A stretch of 40,000 bases of DNA from Clostridium rectalis (GCF_900626095.1 NZ_UYZZ01000003.1:162889-202888); one strand, 5' to 3'; positions 25,178-33,189 are shown, counted from the first letter of the stretch. Numbers and translations: made by a program. Notes: a model not told the origin generated them from the sequence alone.

Positions 25178-25432
25178 TTAATCAAACAAACTCACTTGTG
25201 GATTCCCTATAGCTTTTTCTATAAAATTGCCGTCCTCATCTTCTACAAGTCCCTTATCGCTAAAATATGTGTCTTCTTCTTTGTCTACTTTCTTAAAAGT
25301 AGTTGTTATATTATGTTTAAAACTTAATGCTTTGTATTCTATTATTTTCTCATTTAAAGTTTCCTTCACGTTATTAAATATAGGGCTGTCTAGATTTACT
25401 TTTAGTACCTTTGCTTCTCTTACCTCTTGCAT
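25178..25432 (-). CDS. Hypothetical protein (84 aa)
   Basis: ORF in the operon orientation, overlapping the upstream gene end. No motif recognised. Confidence 0.5.
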   Translation of the reverse strand: MQEVREAKVLKVNLDSPIFNNVKETLNEKIIEYKALSFKHNITTTFKKVDKEEDTYFSDKGLVEDEDGNFIEKAIGNPQVSLFD

Positions 25433-25842
25433 TTTTTATTCTCCCTTCTAATCTTCTTTAACTTATCGTATTCTATCCATCCAGTCTGGCTATACTTTAA
25501 AGATCTTGCTACCCATGTAAGCTTTATATTTTGGTATTTATAATCAAATAACTTTTTTCTTATCTCACCTTGTTGAGTACTAAATCCTTTTACATCTATA
25601 AGTTCTTCAGATTCATCTAAGTGATATACTAGAAAATCTGGTGTATACGTCATAGCTCTATAAGTCTTTCCATTCTTTTTGAAGGGTGGTATTAAAACAT
25701 ATTTTGGCTGTAATTCAAAATTTAATATTTGCCCTTTAGCCTTTTTACTTTTTAAATATTCATAGTATTTAGCCTCATCCTTACTGTCAAAGGTTATTCC
25801 ATCAACAGTAATTTTTTCTGATTTATATTTACTCTTTACCAT
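25420..25842 (-). CDS. DUF1064-family PD-(D/E)XK-like nuclease
   Basis: ITVDGITFDSKDEAKYYEYL...YTPDFLV...ELIDVKG matches the DUF1064 pattern (D...D/E-x-K). Confidence 0.7.
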   Translation of the reverse strand: MVKSKYKSEKITVDGITFDSKDEAKYYEYLKSKKAKGQILNFELQPKYVLIPPFKKNGKTYRAMTYTPDFLVYHLDESEELIDVKGFSTQQGEIRKKLFDYKYQNIKLTWVARSLKYSQTGWIEYDKLKKIRRENKKCKR

Positions 25843-25865
25843 TTCCCCTTTTCCTTTCCTTGAAA

Positions 25866-25923
25866 TTGATTGTCATATGAGAATGTTAAGTGAAAGTAAC
25901 GCTCCCTTATGACGTTATTTATT
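25866..25923 (-). repeat. Conserved intergenic hairpin element, copy B
   Basis: Minus strand: AATAAATAAC-gUCAUAaGGGAG-(17 nt)-AUUCUCAUAUGAc-AAUCAA. Pairs with copy A at 29884..29941. Confidence 0.75.
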
Positions 25924-25934
25924 TGAATTGCGAA

Positions 25935-26522
25935 CTACTTAGTCCATTGTTCCGCCATAGCTTTTGCTATTCCAGGAAATGTTTTTGCCCTATTTTTCTG
26001 CCTATCTTTGCCTCCTTTATTAAACCAATTACCAGGAATTTTCGTACTTTCTGAAGCTTCTATTATTTCAGTGGGTATTAATTTAGGTAATTCCTTAAGC
26101 CATAACTGAGTTCTTTTTTTAAATGGGTGTCCGAACTGATATGGTTGTATGACTTGTGAATGCTTTGGTAAATTATATATTTTGCTTGGTGTAGGATTTT
26201 CTACTGCAATTCTAGGACAGTCTGCATTATAGAGCTGCATAAAAAACTCTTTCGCTTGTAATCCTTTTTTATATCTTTCTTTATTTAGCACACCTTTAGG
26301 ATATAAATGTCTAGCACCAGCATTACTTAAATATGTGCATGGTGGAAAGGCTATTATCATGTCCCATTTTTCTTTTAATAGTGGTGTTACATCTTGTTGT
26401 AAGTGCCATTCTGGGTGACCACCACTACAAGGCTCTATATCACAACTATAAGCTTCATGGCCCAATTTCCTTAATTCTATTGTGACTGCCTGTGATTCTT
26501 CACACGCTACTAATATTTTCAT
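25935..26522 (-). CDS. C5-cytosine-methyltransferase-like protein, compact, atypical motif I
   Basis: FPPCTYLSNAG (PC motif IV), AVENP (motif VI-like), QPYQFGHPFKKRTQLW (motif VIII-like), TFPGIAKAMAEQW (motif X-like). The N-terminus reads ILVACEESQ instead of FxGxGG. I place the start at ATG 26522 after GGAGGAAGGAA. Confidence 0.55.
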   Translation of the reverse strand: MKILVACEESQAVTIELRKLGHEAYSCDIEPCSGGHPEWHLQQDVTPLLKEKWDMIIAFPPCTYLSNAGARHLYPKGVLNKERYKKGLQAKEFFMQLYNADCPRIAVENPTPSKIYNLPKHSQVIQPYQFGHPFKKRTQLWLKELPKLIPTEIIEASESTKIPGNWFNKGGKDRQKNRAKTFPGIAKAMAEQWTK

Positions 26523-26603
26523 TTCCTTCCTCCATTCCTGGAGGTGTGTACACACTTTTTATCTAGAATTACTCCTATTTTAATTTTTTAGTTATTGCAT
26601 AAT

Positions 26604-27062
26604 TTATTTTTTCATGAATACTAACCAATGTGTCTTTGCTCTTTTATTTCCGAATAAAGGTTTATAATCTATAACTTTTAATATGTCTTTTATTTTTATT
26701 TGTTCTTCATTCCATTTAAAAATCAATATTCCGTATTTATCTAAAACTCTCATGCACTCATTAAATCCTTGTCTTATATCTATTGGCCAATCATTATTTA
26801 ACTTTCCATATTTCTTGGCCAACCATGAACTTTCTCCAACCTTTATTAAATGCGGTGGATCAAAAACTACTAATTTAAAAGTATTATCTTTATATGGTAT
26901 ATTTCTAAAATCGCCTATTATATCTGGCTCAATAACAAGTTTTCTTCCATCACATAATGTATCTTCCAACTCTCTGTTATCCATAAAAATAACATCTTTA
27001 TTATCTTTATCAAACCAAAACATTTTACTTCCACAACATACATCCAATATAGGCTTTTCCAA
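26604..27062 (-). CDS. SAM-dependent DNA methyltransferase-like protein (N6A/N4C class motifs)
   Basis: LDVCCGSKMF (motif I-like) and VVFDPPH (DPPH motif IV). TTG start after GAGGTG. No partner restriction gene nearby. Confidence 0.6.
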   Translation of the reverse strand: MEKPILDVCCGSKMFWFDKDNKDVIFMDNRELEDTLCDGRKLVIEPDIIGDFRNIPYKDNTFKLVVFDPPHLIKVGESSWLAKKYGKLNNDWPIDIRQGFNECMRVLDKYGILIFKWNEEQIKIKDILKVIDYKPLFGNKRAKTHWLVFMKK

Positions 27063-27110
27063 TTATCTCACCTCATTTATGTCATAATATAATCAGATTG
27101 TGAATTATAT

Positions 27111-27290
27111 TCAAAAATATACTGTCTCGCTTTTTCCTAACGGAAATTTTCTATAATAGCATTCCCCTCTTTTCTCTAATCTTTGGATTCTTTTCATAAG
27201 CTTTTTAGCTTCTTCTAGTTGACACTCTTCACAATCTTGAATAAAGCAATTTTTACTATCAACTTTAAATTCAACTCTATATCTATTCAT
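27111..27290 (-). CDS. Small Cys-containing hypothetical protein (59 aa, below cutoff)
   Basis: My translation: MNRYRVEFKVDSKNCFIQDCEECQLEEAKKLMKRIQRLEKRGECYYRKFPLGKSETVYF. Confidence 0.4.
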   Translation of the reverse strand: MNRYRVEFKVDSKNCFIQDCEECQLEEAKKLMKRIQRLEKRGECYYRKFPLGKSETVYF

Positions 27291-27425
27291 TTATTCACCC
27301 TTTAATTTTAATTTCACTTGTATATTCATCTGAGCGTAAATCTTCTGAAACTTCTTTTATAATTCCATTGTTATTTGCACTATCTAACAACCTTTATGCC
27401 CCTTTCTTCTAGTATTTCTATTAAA

Positions 27426-27773
27426 TTACGTATTCTTAAGCTCCGTTCTTAACCATGTTAATAAACTTCTTAACGTTTCTATTTCTAGTCTTAAATTATC
27501 CATAGCACTAATAGCTGTGTAATATGAACTCTCTGCTAAATCTCTTTTTAGTCTTAATTCTGCCACTTTGTCATTACCTTTTGATAAATCATTTATCATA
27601 TTGCTTGGATACTTATCTATATTTCTTAATTTAAGCATTTCTTTTCTTAATGCTATTTTATAGTCATGCTCTGCCTTTGCTTTCTTTACTCCTAGAGTTT
27701 TTAACTCTATGTTCCCTTTTGTTAACGCTTGCTGACATGTAGATATTTTCTGCATTATCTCTATTGGTGTCAT
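27426..27773 (-). CDS. Hypothetical helical protein (115 aa)
   Basis: ORF in the operon orientation. Predicted helical/coiled. No family recognised. Confidence 0.55.
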   Translation of the reverse strand: MTPIEIMQKISTCQQALTKGNIELKTLGVKKAKAEHDYKIALRKEMLKLRNIDKYPSNMINDLSKGNDKVAELRLKRDLAESSYYTAISAMDNLRLEIETLRSLLTWLRTELKNT

Positions 27774-27812
27774 ATTGTCCTCCTTATTTACTTGTATAAT
27801 TTAAAATTACCA

Positions 27813-28763
27813 CTACTTAGACATTTCAAAAACATGCTTGTACTCTTTTGTAAAGTTCTCTAACTGCTCTATATTTTCAAAGAACATTGTTAGTCCTTTA
27901 TTTTGTAACTCCACTCCTTTTTCACAAACTTTATATTTCCCATTTTCTCCTTCTACTGTCATAGATAATATTTTTAATTTATTTCCCATAGATTTGTCCT
28001 CCTTATTTTTTTTAACTTCTGCTGCTAATTTACCACTTGAATTATATTTTCTGTCCCACTCTTTTAGCTTTTCTTTCTTGTTTTTTACTTCCTTTGGTTC
28101 TTCCTCTATGATGTCTAATATTTCCTCTACTGCATCATCTATTTCATTTTTTTCTTTGATTTCAGCCTCGGTTATTTTCCATCTACTAACGTAAGTAGAT
28201 ATAGTGCTATAAGTAGCTCCTAAATGATTTGCTATTTTATTTTTACCATCAGTGTCTAATCCATATTTCTTCGCAAGTTCCACTATTTTTTCTCTTGTGA
28301 TTCTAGTTTCTTTTTCCTCCTTTACTTTTGCATATGCATTTAAAATCATGCTTTTACTTAATTTAGGAAACTTAAATACTAAATCATCTAAGGCTTGTTT
28401 TTTAGTTACCCCTTTCTCTAGTAATTCCTCTATATAGTTTTTTACTTCCTTTTCTACCTTGGACATGTTAACATTCTTCCTTTCTAATTCGTTTGATTTT
28501 TCAGTATCCTCTTGAAACAGTTCAGTTATTCTTAACTGAATCTTTTTTATTTCATTACAATTCCAATCCTTCTCCATTAGCGCAGCGCTCATACATCTGT
28601 CTGCTAAATTAACTAATTGATTAATTTTCATATGTGCAATTTCTTTAGCTTTATCCATTGCTGCAATGTTAATTAATTTAGTTTGTTGTGGTGTTAGCTT
28701 GTTTACCATTTTCATATTCTTTTTTAATTCTCTTGCTTTTCTTCTTTTATCTGCTCTGTTCAC
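27813..28763 (-). CDS. Hypothetical protein with a probable HTH (316 aa)
   Basis: KNKIANHLGATYSTISTYVSRW looks like an HTH. Charged low-complexity linkers. GTG start. Confidence 0.55.
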   Translation of the reverse strand: MNRADKRRKARELKKNMKMVNKLTPQQTKLINIAAMDKAKEIAHMKINQLVNLADRCMSAALMEKDWNCNEIKKIQLRITELFQEDTEKSNELERKNVNMSKVEKEVKNYIEELLEKGVTKKQALDDLVFKFPKLSKSMILNAYAKVKEEKETRITREKIVELAKKYGLDTDGKNKIANHLGATYSTISTYVSRWKITEAEIKEKNEIDDAVEEILDIIEEEPKEVKNKKEKLKEWDRKYNSSGKLAAEVKKNKEDKSMGNKLKILSMTVEGENGKYKVCEKGVELQNKGLTMFFENIEQLENFTKEYKHVFEMSK

Positions 28764-28923
28764 TTTTTCCCACCTCTGGATATTCTAAGTATTCGCCACA
28801 ATAAGGACAAGGAGTCATGTTATAAGTTGGATATTTACCACACCTAGGACATTTAGGTATTAAACAGGTGTATGCTATGTCGTCAAGTCCTAAAACAGTG
28901 TCCTCTTCATATTCCACTTTCAT
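28747..28923 (-). CDS. Small zinc-ribbon protein (58 aa, below cutoff)
   Basis: My translation: MKVEYEEDTVLGLDDIAYTCLIPKCPRCGKYPTYNMTPCPYCGEYLEYPEVGKSEQSR. GGAGG RBS. Starts 2 nt after the RusA stop. Confidence 0.5.
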   Translation of the reverse strand: MKVEYEEDTVLGLDDIAYTCLIPKCPRCGKYPTYNMTPCPYCGEYLEYPEVGKSEQSR

Positions 28924-28925
28924 TT

Positions 28926-29327
28926 TTAAACCTCCAATAATTCAAGTTCTACTCTAGCTTCTTCTCCATACCATTTACTTACACTACAATCTACAATCTG
29001 TTTATCATCATCATAGGCAATTGAATTTAAGCTATCTAAGATTATCTTAACTATATTATCTATATCTGGTTTTTTAGTTGGCCTTAGTTGCCCTTCTAGC
29101 ATTTGTTCGGTTTTCTTTTTACTTGTGCTCTTGGGTATAGACATATATACCTTAATTTTCGCTTTTAAAGCACCTTCTAGCTTGATTCGTTCTTTAGATA
29201 TGCAATAACATTGTTTAACCCAGTTTTCGTACTGTACAGTCTTCTTAGGTGTATATGCTATTCCTGTTTTAGTACTCATTCGTGGCCTTTGTTTTCCCAT
29301 TGGTTCTCCTGGAATAATTATTTTCAC
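28926..29327 (-). CDS. rusA: RusA-family Holliday junction resolvase
   Basis: IPGEPMGKQRPR...YTPKKT...RPTKKPDIDNIVKIILDSLNSIAYDDDKQI is the RusA signature. GTG start 6 nt after GGAGGGG. Confidence 0.85.
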   Translation of the reverse strand: MKIIIPGEPMGKQRPRMSTKTGIAYTPKKTVQYENWVKQCYCISKERIKLEGALKAKIKVYMSIPKSTSKKKTEQMLEGQLRPTKKPDIDNIVKIILDSLNSIAYDDDKQIVDCSVSKWYGEEARVELELLEV

Positions 29328-29499
29328 ATTTGTCCCCTCCTTTTAAAGCCTTTATAGTTTTTCTTGTAAACCCTATCTACGTTTGCTGATGTATGTGCCA
29401 AAAAGTCCTGTTCTGCTTTTTGGCTTTTCTCTTTTTTCTTTCTTGCAATAATTCATACGTTATTAAAGCTTTTTGCCTATTTGTCACTCATATCACTCC

Positions 29500-29859
29500 T
29501 CAATACAATTTTCCGCCCATACAAGCCCGTATAATATCTTCTTTTTTATATCTATCTATGTGCTTGTCTATTATTTTTACCAATCTTTTAACTGATACGT
29601 TACTTATATTCAATATTTCTTTTATCCCTTCTTCTGTGTAATCTTTATTAGTAAACTTTTCAAACAACATATTTTGAAAAATTAATTTATACTTGACGTC
29701 TATTTGTCTGTTTTTATGTGGGCTATTGTTACCTGTATGGTGTTCTTTGCATAAATAGATGTAATTATACTTGCAATGTTCTAAAGCTTTCTGTTGGCTT
29801 TTAAACACAATATGATGGCACTCTGAATTAGGTTTCCCACATACTGTACATTCCTTCAT
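29500..29859 (-). CDS. HNH-motif nuclease-like protein
   Basis: CTVCGKPNSECHHIVFKS...LCKEHHTGNNSPH (Cys/His HNH-type metal finger). Confidence 0.6.
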   Translation of the reverse strand: MKECTVCGKPNSECHHIVFKSQQKALEHCKYNYIYLCKEHHTGNNSPHKNRQIDVKYKLIFQNMLFEKFTNKDYTEEGIKEILNISNVSVKRLVKIIDKHIDRYKKEDIIRACMGGKLY

Positions 29860-29883
29860 TTACTATCCTTTCTTATTTGTCAT

Positions 29884-29941
29884 TTGATTTTCATATGAGA
29901 ATACAGATATACGACTGTACTCCCATATGAAGTTATTTATT
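29884..29941 (-). repeat. Conserved intergenic hairpin element, copy A
   Basis: Minus strand: AATAAATAAC-uUCAUAuGGGAG-(17 nt)-AUUCUCAUAUGAa-AAUCAA. The closing pair is U..A here versus G..C in copy B. Confidence 0.75.
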
Positions 29942-29942
29942 A

Positions 29943-30656
29943 TTAAGCTATTATTTTAATATTTTTCATTTCTTTTAACTCTTCCTGTAAATATTCTTTT
30001 ATATTCTTAATTGCTTGATTTCTCCAAGCTCCTCCATCAGCTTCAAAAATAGCCGCCATAGGTCCTTGTTGCATTCTGAATATAAACTTACTTGTCGGCT
30101 GTTGTACCTCTGGGAATGTTCTATATGGTGCTAATGCTACTGGATTAGGTACTACTGCTTGTCCTACGCTTGCTACACCGGTTTTTATTGTCACCGCTTG
30201 AGATACTCCATCATCACCTGTGCTTTTTACTGCTTCATCTTTTACAAGACCTGTGTATTTTAATAGTACATCCTTATCTCCAATATCTACAAAACTACTT
30301 TGAAGCATAATATTAAATTGCTCTGTACTTAAAAATCTATTGTATACAATGTTATTAGGTAATATTGCTTCTGCTTGAATGTATTCTTCTCTTTCCCTAT
30401 CTGTATTTAAGGGACTATAGAGTCTTACTTGAACATGGGACTTAACTTGAACTAATAGTTGCTCTGGTAATCTATCAAGATTTGATTTAATGTAATCTAC
30501 AAATCCAGTAAGTGTTGATACTGTTAAAGTTGATGCTTTTGGTAATTTTACTCTACTTAAATTTACAGTTGTGAATAATCCTTGCTCAGTGTCAATTAAT
30601 ACCTCTTTTTCTTCTCCTAAACCTACTAAATATTCTAATCCTTCTTTATTAATCAT
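29943..30656 (-). CDS. Conserved phage protein of unknown function (237 aa)
   Basis: Long ORF in the early operon. I cannot assign a family with confidence. Confidence 0.6.
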   Translation of the reverse strand: MINKEGLEYLVGLGEEKEVLIDTEQGLFTTVNLSRVKLPKASTLTVSTLTGFVDYIKSNLDRLPEQLLVQVKSHVQVRLYSPLNTDREREEYIQAEAILPNNIVYNRFLSTEQFNIMLQSSFVDIGDKDVLLKYTGLVKDEAVKSTGDDGVSQAVTIKTGVASVGQAVVPNPVALAPYRTFPEVQQPTSKFIFRMQQGPMAAIFEADGGAWRNQAIKNIKEYLQEELKEMKNIKIIA

Positions 30657-30682
30657 TTTTCATTCCTCCAATTTTATTTTTA

Positions 30683-31075
30683 TTATTTTACTAATTTGAT
30701 ACCTTTAAGATCTACTTCTTTTTCTTCTGCAGTAGTTAATACTTCTCCAGTTTCTTCATCAACTCTTAGAACACTTTGTCCTGGTACTTGCTTCTTATAC
30801 TCACTTGCAAGTATTCCACCTTTCCCGTCTGTTCCTATAACAATTTTAGCTGCCAATGGTTTTGTTGGTGCTAATTTAGGTTTGGCAACTATCGATACCT
30901 CTGCCAATTCTCTATCTTCTCCACTAGCAAATGTCATATCTACAGTTAATTTTCTTTTAGTTTTCCATTCTGTATTAGGGTCAGCAATGTTTTCTAGCAC
31001 CTCCTTTAATGCCATATTGATTTTTTCTGCCAATGCTCCATCAGCAAAGGTTTCTAGATTAATCATCTTTTCCAT
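30683..31075 (-). CDS. Conserved phage protein of unknown function (130 aa)
   Basis: ORF with a GGAGGA RBS. No confident family. Confidence 0.55.
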   Translation of the reverse strand: MEKMINLETFADGALAEKINMALKEVLENIADPNTEWKTKRKLTVDMTFASGEDRELAEVSIVAKPKLAPTKPLAAKIVIGTDGKGGILASEYKKQVPGQSVLRVDEETGEVLTTAEEKEVDLKGIKLVK

Positions 31076-31172
31076 AACATTGTTCCTCCTTCTGTATTAG
31101 CGTTTTATTATACTCACACACTGTAAGTATAAATATATCCATAGTTAGCCTATACCTACAGTATTTAGTTAT

Positions 31173-31796
31173 CTAACTTTCTTCTTTCCTTTGTCCTATT
31201 TTGCTATACAAATCTGCTATAATTACTCCTGTTCTAGTTAAATCAGCATCATTTTGTATTAACTTATTCTTATTTAGTATCAATAACTGTTGTCTTGACA
31301 CCAAAATTAAATTATCTATATCAAAATTCTGTGAGTTTTTATCACCAAAGATAACTGCATATCCTTTCGGAACTGGTCCATTATATTTTTCCCAAATTAC
31401 CTGTTGCTTTAACCTCCATTTATTAGGCTCTTCTACTTTAATTTCTGTATATCCATCTACTGTTATTCTTTCACTTCCTACCGCTCTATGATTTATTGGA
31501 GTGCTACCTTTCTTAAACCATGTTTTTTCACATCCTTTGGCATATACACCTTTTATTCCTTTATTAGCTGGCACATTTCCCTTCTTAAATTGTCCTGTAA
31601 ATCCAGTATTTAATTTATATCTACTTATTGCACCTTTTATTTGGCCTAAAGTAAGATTTAAATCAAATTTTTTATTTATAAAATTCTGGATTTCCTTATA
31701 ATGATGTCCTGGTGTTATTTGCTTAAGATATTCTTTTTCTTCTTTACTCCATATATGAAGAACTTTGTTTTTACTTCCGGTTGTTCTCCCTGCCAT
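31173..31796 (-). CDS. Free-standing HNH homing-type endonuclease (HNH_3-like)
   Basis: RITVDGYTEIKV...WRLKQQVIWEKYNGPVPKGYAVIFGDKNSQNFDIDNLILVSRQQ is the HNH_3 core pattern. The N-terminal region is HTH-like. Confidence 0.7.
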   Translation of the reverse strand: MAGRTTGSKNKVLHIWSKEEKEYLKQITPGHHYKEIQNFINKKFDLNLTLGQIKGAISRYKLNTGFTGQFKKGNVPANKGIKGVYAKGCEKTWFKKGSTPINHRAVGSERITVDGYTEIKVEEPNKWRLKQQVIWEKYNGPVPKGYAVIFGDKNSQNFDIDNLILVSRQQLLILNKNKLIQNDADLTRTGVIIADLYSKIGQRKEES

Positions 31797-31801
31797 ATCT
31801 A

Positions 31802-32032
31802 TTACCCCTCCAACATTTTAGGCAACTTAGCATCTGCATCTAGCCTATTATCCATAACCTTTTTAGCATCCAACACTAATGAACCATTACTTATTATCTT
31901 AGATGCAACTTCATTTACTGCTTTGGCTCTATTTATCTCTTCTACAAGTGCTTCACCTTTTAACTCTTCATCACTTAATCTCTCCAGCTGAGCAAATAGA
32001 TGGTTATTTAAATCACCAAGTGTATTTCTCAT
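31802..32032 (-). CDS. Hypothetical protein (76 aa)
   Basis: ORF in the operon orientation. No motif recognised. Confidence 0.5.
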   Translation of the reverse strand: MRNTLGDLNNHLFAQLERLSDEELKGEALVEEINRAKAVNEVASKIISNGSLVLDAKKVMDNRLDADAKLPKMLEG

Positions 32033-32047
32033 TTAAAATACTCCCTT

Positions 32048-32329
32048 CTAATTCCAGTTAAATACTTGAAATATTATCATCTTTTTACTTTTCCAACCTC
32101 TTTTTCTTAACTTCTTCAAGTGCTTACATATAATCTGCTTTAGACTATATTTTTCTTCCTCTAAGGTATCTAACATACCTATGGCCACCTGTATAACATC
32201 TAAAACTTCCTCTGCTATATGTTCTTTATCTCCCTCTTGTATTGCTTCTAATACTTCTTTTGTTTCCTCTACAAGTTTGTCTGCTTGTTTTCCCTATGTA
32301 TCTTTTTTATTTAATATCACTAAATGCAC
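32048..32329 (-). pseudogene. MazG-like all-alpha NTP pyrophosphohydrolase gene interrupted by an in-frame TAG
   Basis: GTG 32329 overlaps the AbrB-like stop (TAGTG). Codon 12 is TAG (32296..32294). After it the frame continues GKQADKLVEETKEVLEAIQEGDKEHIAEEVLDVIQVAIGML...KLRKRGW, which carries an ExxE-(15)-ExxD metal motif. No usable start follows the TAG. Confidence 0.5.
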
Positions 32330-32568
32330 TACTTTTTCAACTCCTTTAAACAACTCTTACAAACATTTTTCCCTTTAAAGTTTATAACCTCACTTGCCTC
32401 ACTGCAGAAAATACAAGCTGGCTCGAACTTCTTTAAAACAATTGTTTCTCCTTCTGTGTAAATTTCTAGTCCGTCACCTTCTTCTAAACTTAAAGTTCTT
32501 CTTAGTTCCTTAGGAAAGACTATCCTTCCTAATTGGTCCATTCTTCTCACAACTCCAGTTGATTTCAT
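32329..32568 (-). CDS. AbrB/MazE/SpoVT-fold DNA-binding protein with a C-terminal zinc ribbon
   Basis: VVRRMDQLGRIVFPKELRRTLSLEEGDGLEIY is the SpoVT-AbrB swapped-hairpin motif. The C-terminus is CIFC...(14)...CKSC. Confidence 0.75.
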   Translation of the reverse strand: MKSTGVVRRMDQLGRIVFPKELRRTLSLEEGDGLEIYTEGETIVLKKFEPACIFCSEASEVINFKGKNVCKSCLKELKK

Positions 32569-32687
32569 AATTTATTCCTCCTACTTATAATTTTTTCTTT
32601 TTTAACTACTTCTTTAAGATAACCTTGCCAGTTACCACCCTTAAAATAAATTTTAAGCACCTCGTTAATAACATCTTTATTCCCCAT
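32565..32687 (-). CDS. Small hypothetical protein (40 aa)
   Basis: My translation: MGNKDVINEVLKIYFKGGNWQGYLKEVVKKEKIISRRNKL. ATGA overlap with the AbrB-like start. Confidence 0.3.
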   Translation of the reverse strand: MGNKDVINEVLKIYFKGGNWQGYLKEVVKKEKIISRRNKL

Positions 32688-32688
32688 T

Positions 32689-32940
32689 TCAATCCCTTTC
32701 TGGCATTTGGAACACAAATTCCTTTGTTGTCCTTTTTTTATTATTTATGCTATCAAAGCTAGTCCCCTTCATTATCCTGTCTTGTATCATATCCAACACT
32801 TCTACAGCTCTTTTTTCGTTTGGATATTCTCCAAGTATTACGGTTGTACTCCCATTTAAGCTAGCACCTATTTGATTTGTACTTCTTACTACACAATTAA
32901 ATTGCCCTAAAATTAATTTATCTTGACTTCTAATCCACAT
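32689..32940 (-). CDS. Hypothetical protein (83 aa)
   Basis: ORF in the operon orientation. No motif recognised. Confidence 0.5.
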   Translation of the reverse strand: MWIRSQDKLILGQFNCVVRSTNQIGASLNGSTTVILGEYPNEKRAVEVLDMIQDRIMKGTSFDSINNKKRTTKEFVFQMPERD

Positions 32941-32953
32941 ATTATGCTCCCTT

Positions 32954-33175
32954 CTATTTTCTTAAATCTGATATTTTAATTCCCCTTAAAGACATATTCC
33001 AAAATTCTTGAGTAATGTGTTCCTTTAGCTTTTCTCTAATTTCTTTTAAATCTAGGCTGTTCTCTAAGTCTTCTATTCTTCTGTTTAGCTTGTCTACTTC
33101 CTTTGCTACATATACACTAGCACTTAGTACTACAGTTATATTAGCTATAAGTAATGTGCCTATTAAAATTTGCAT
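32954..33175 (-). CDS. Small membrane-anchored coiled-coil protein (73 aa)
   Basis: N-terminal TM segment ILIGTLLIANITVVLSASVYV, then a coiled coil. Confidence 0.5.
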   Translation of the reverse strand: MQILIGTLLIANITVVLSASVYVAKEVDKLNRRIEDLENSLDLKEIREKLKEHITQEFWNMSLRGIKISDLRK

Positions 33176-33189
33176 AATTTATTCCTCCT

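Noticed and set aside
32181-32378. Plus-strand 65-aa ORF.
   Set aside because: It is antisense to the MazG-like frame, which carries a recognisable ExxE...ExxD motif. Its translation is Ser/Cys/Thr-rich low complexity.
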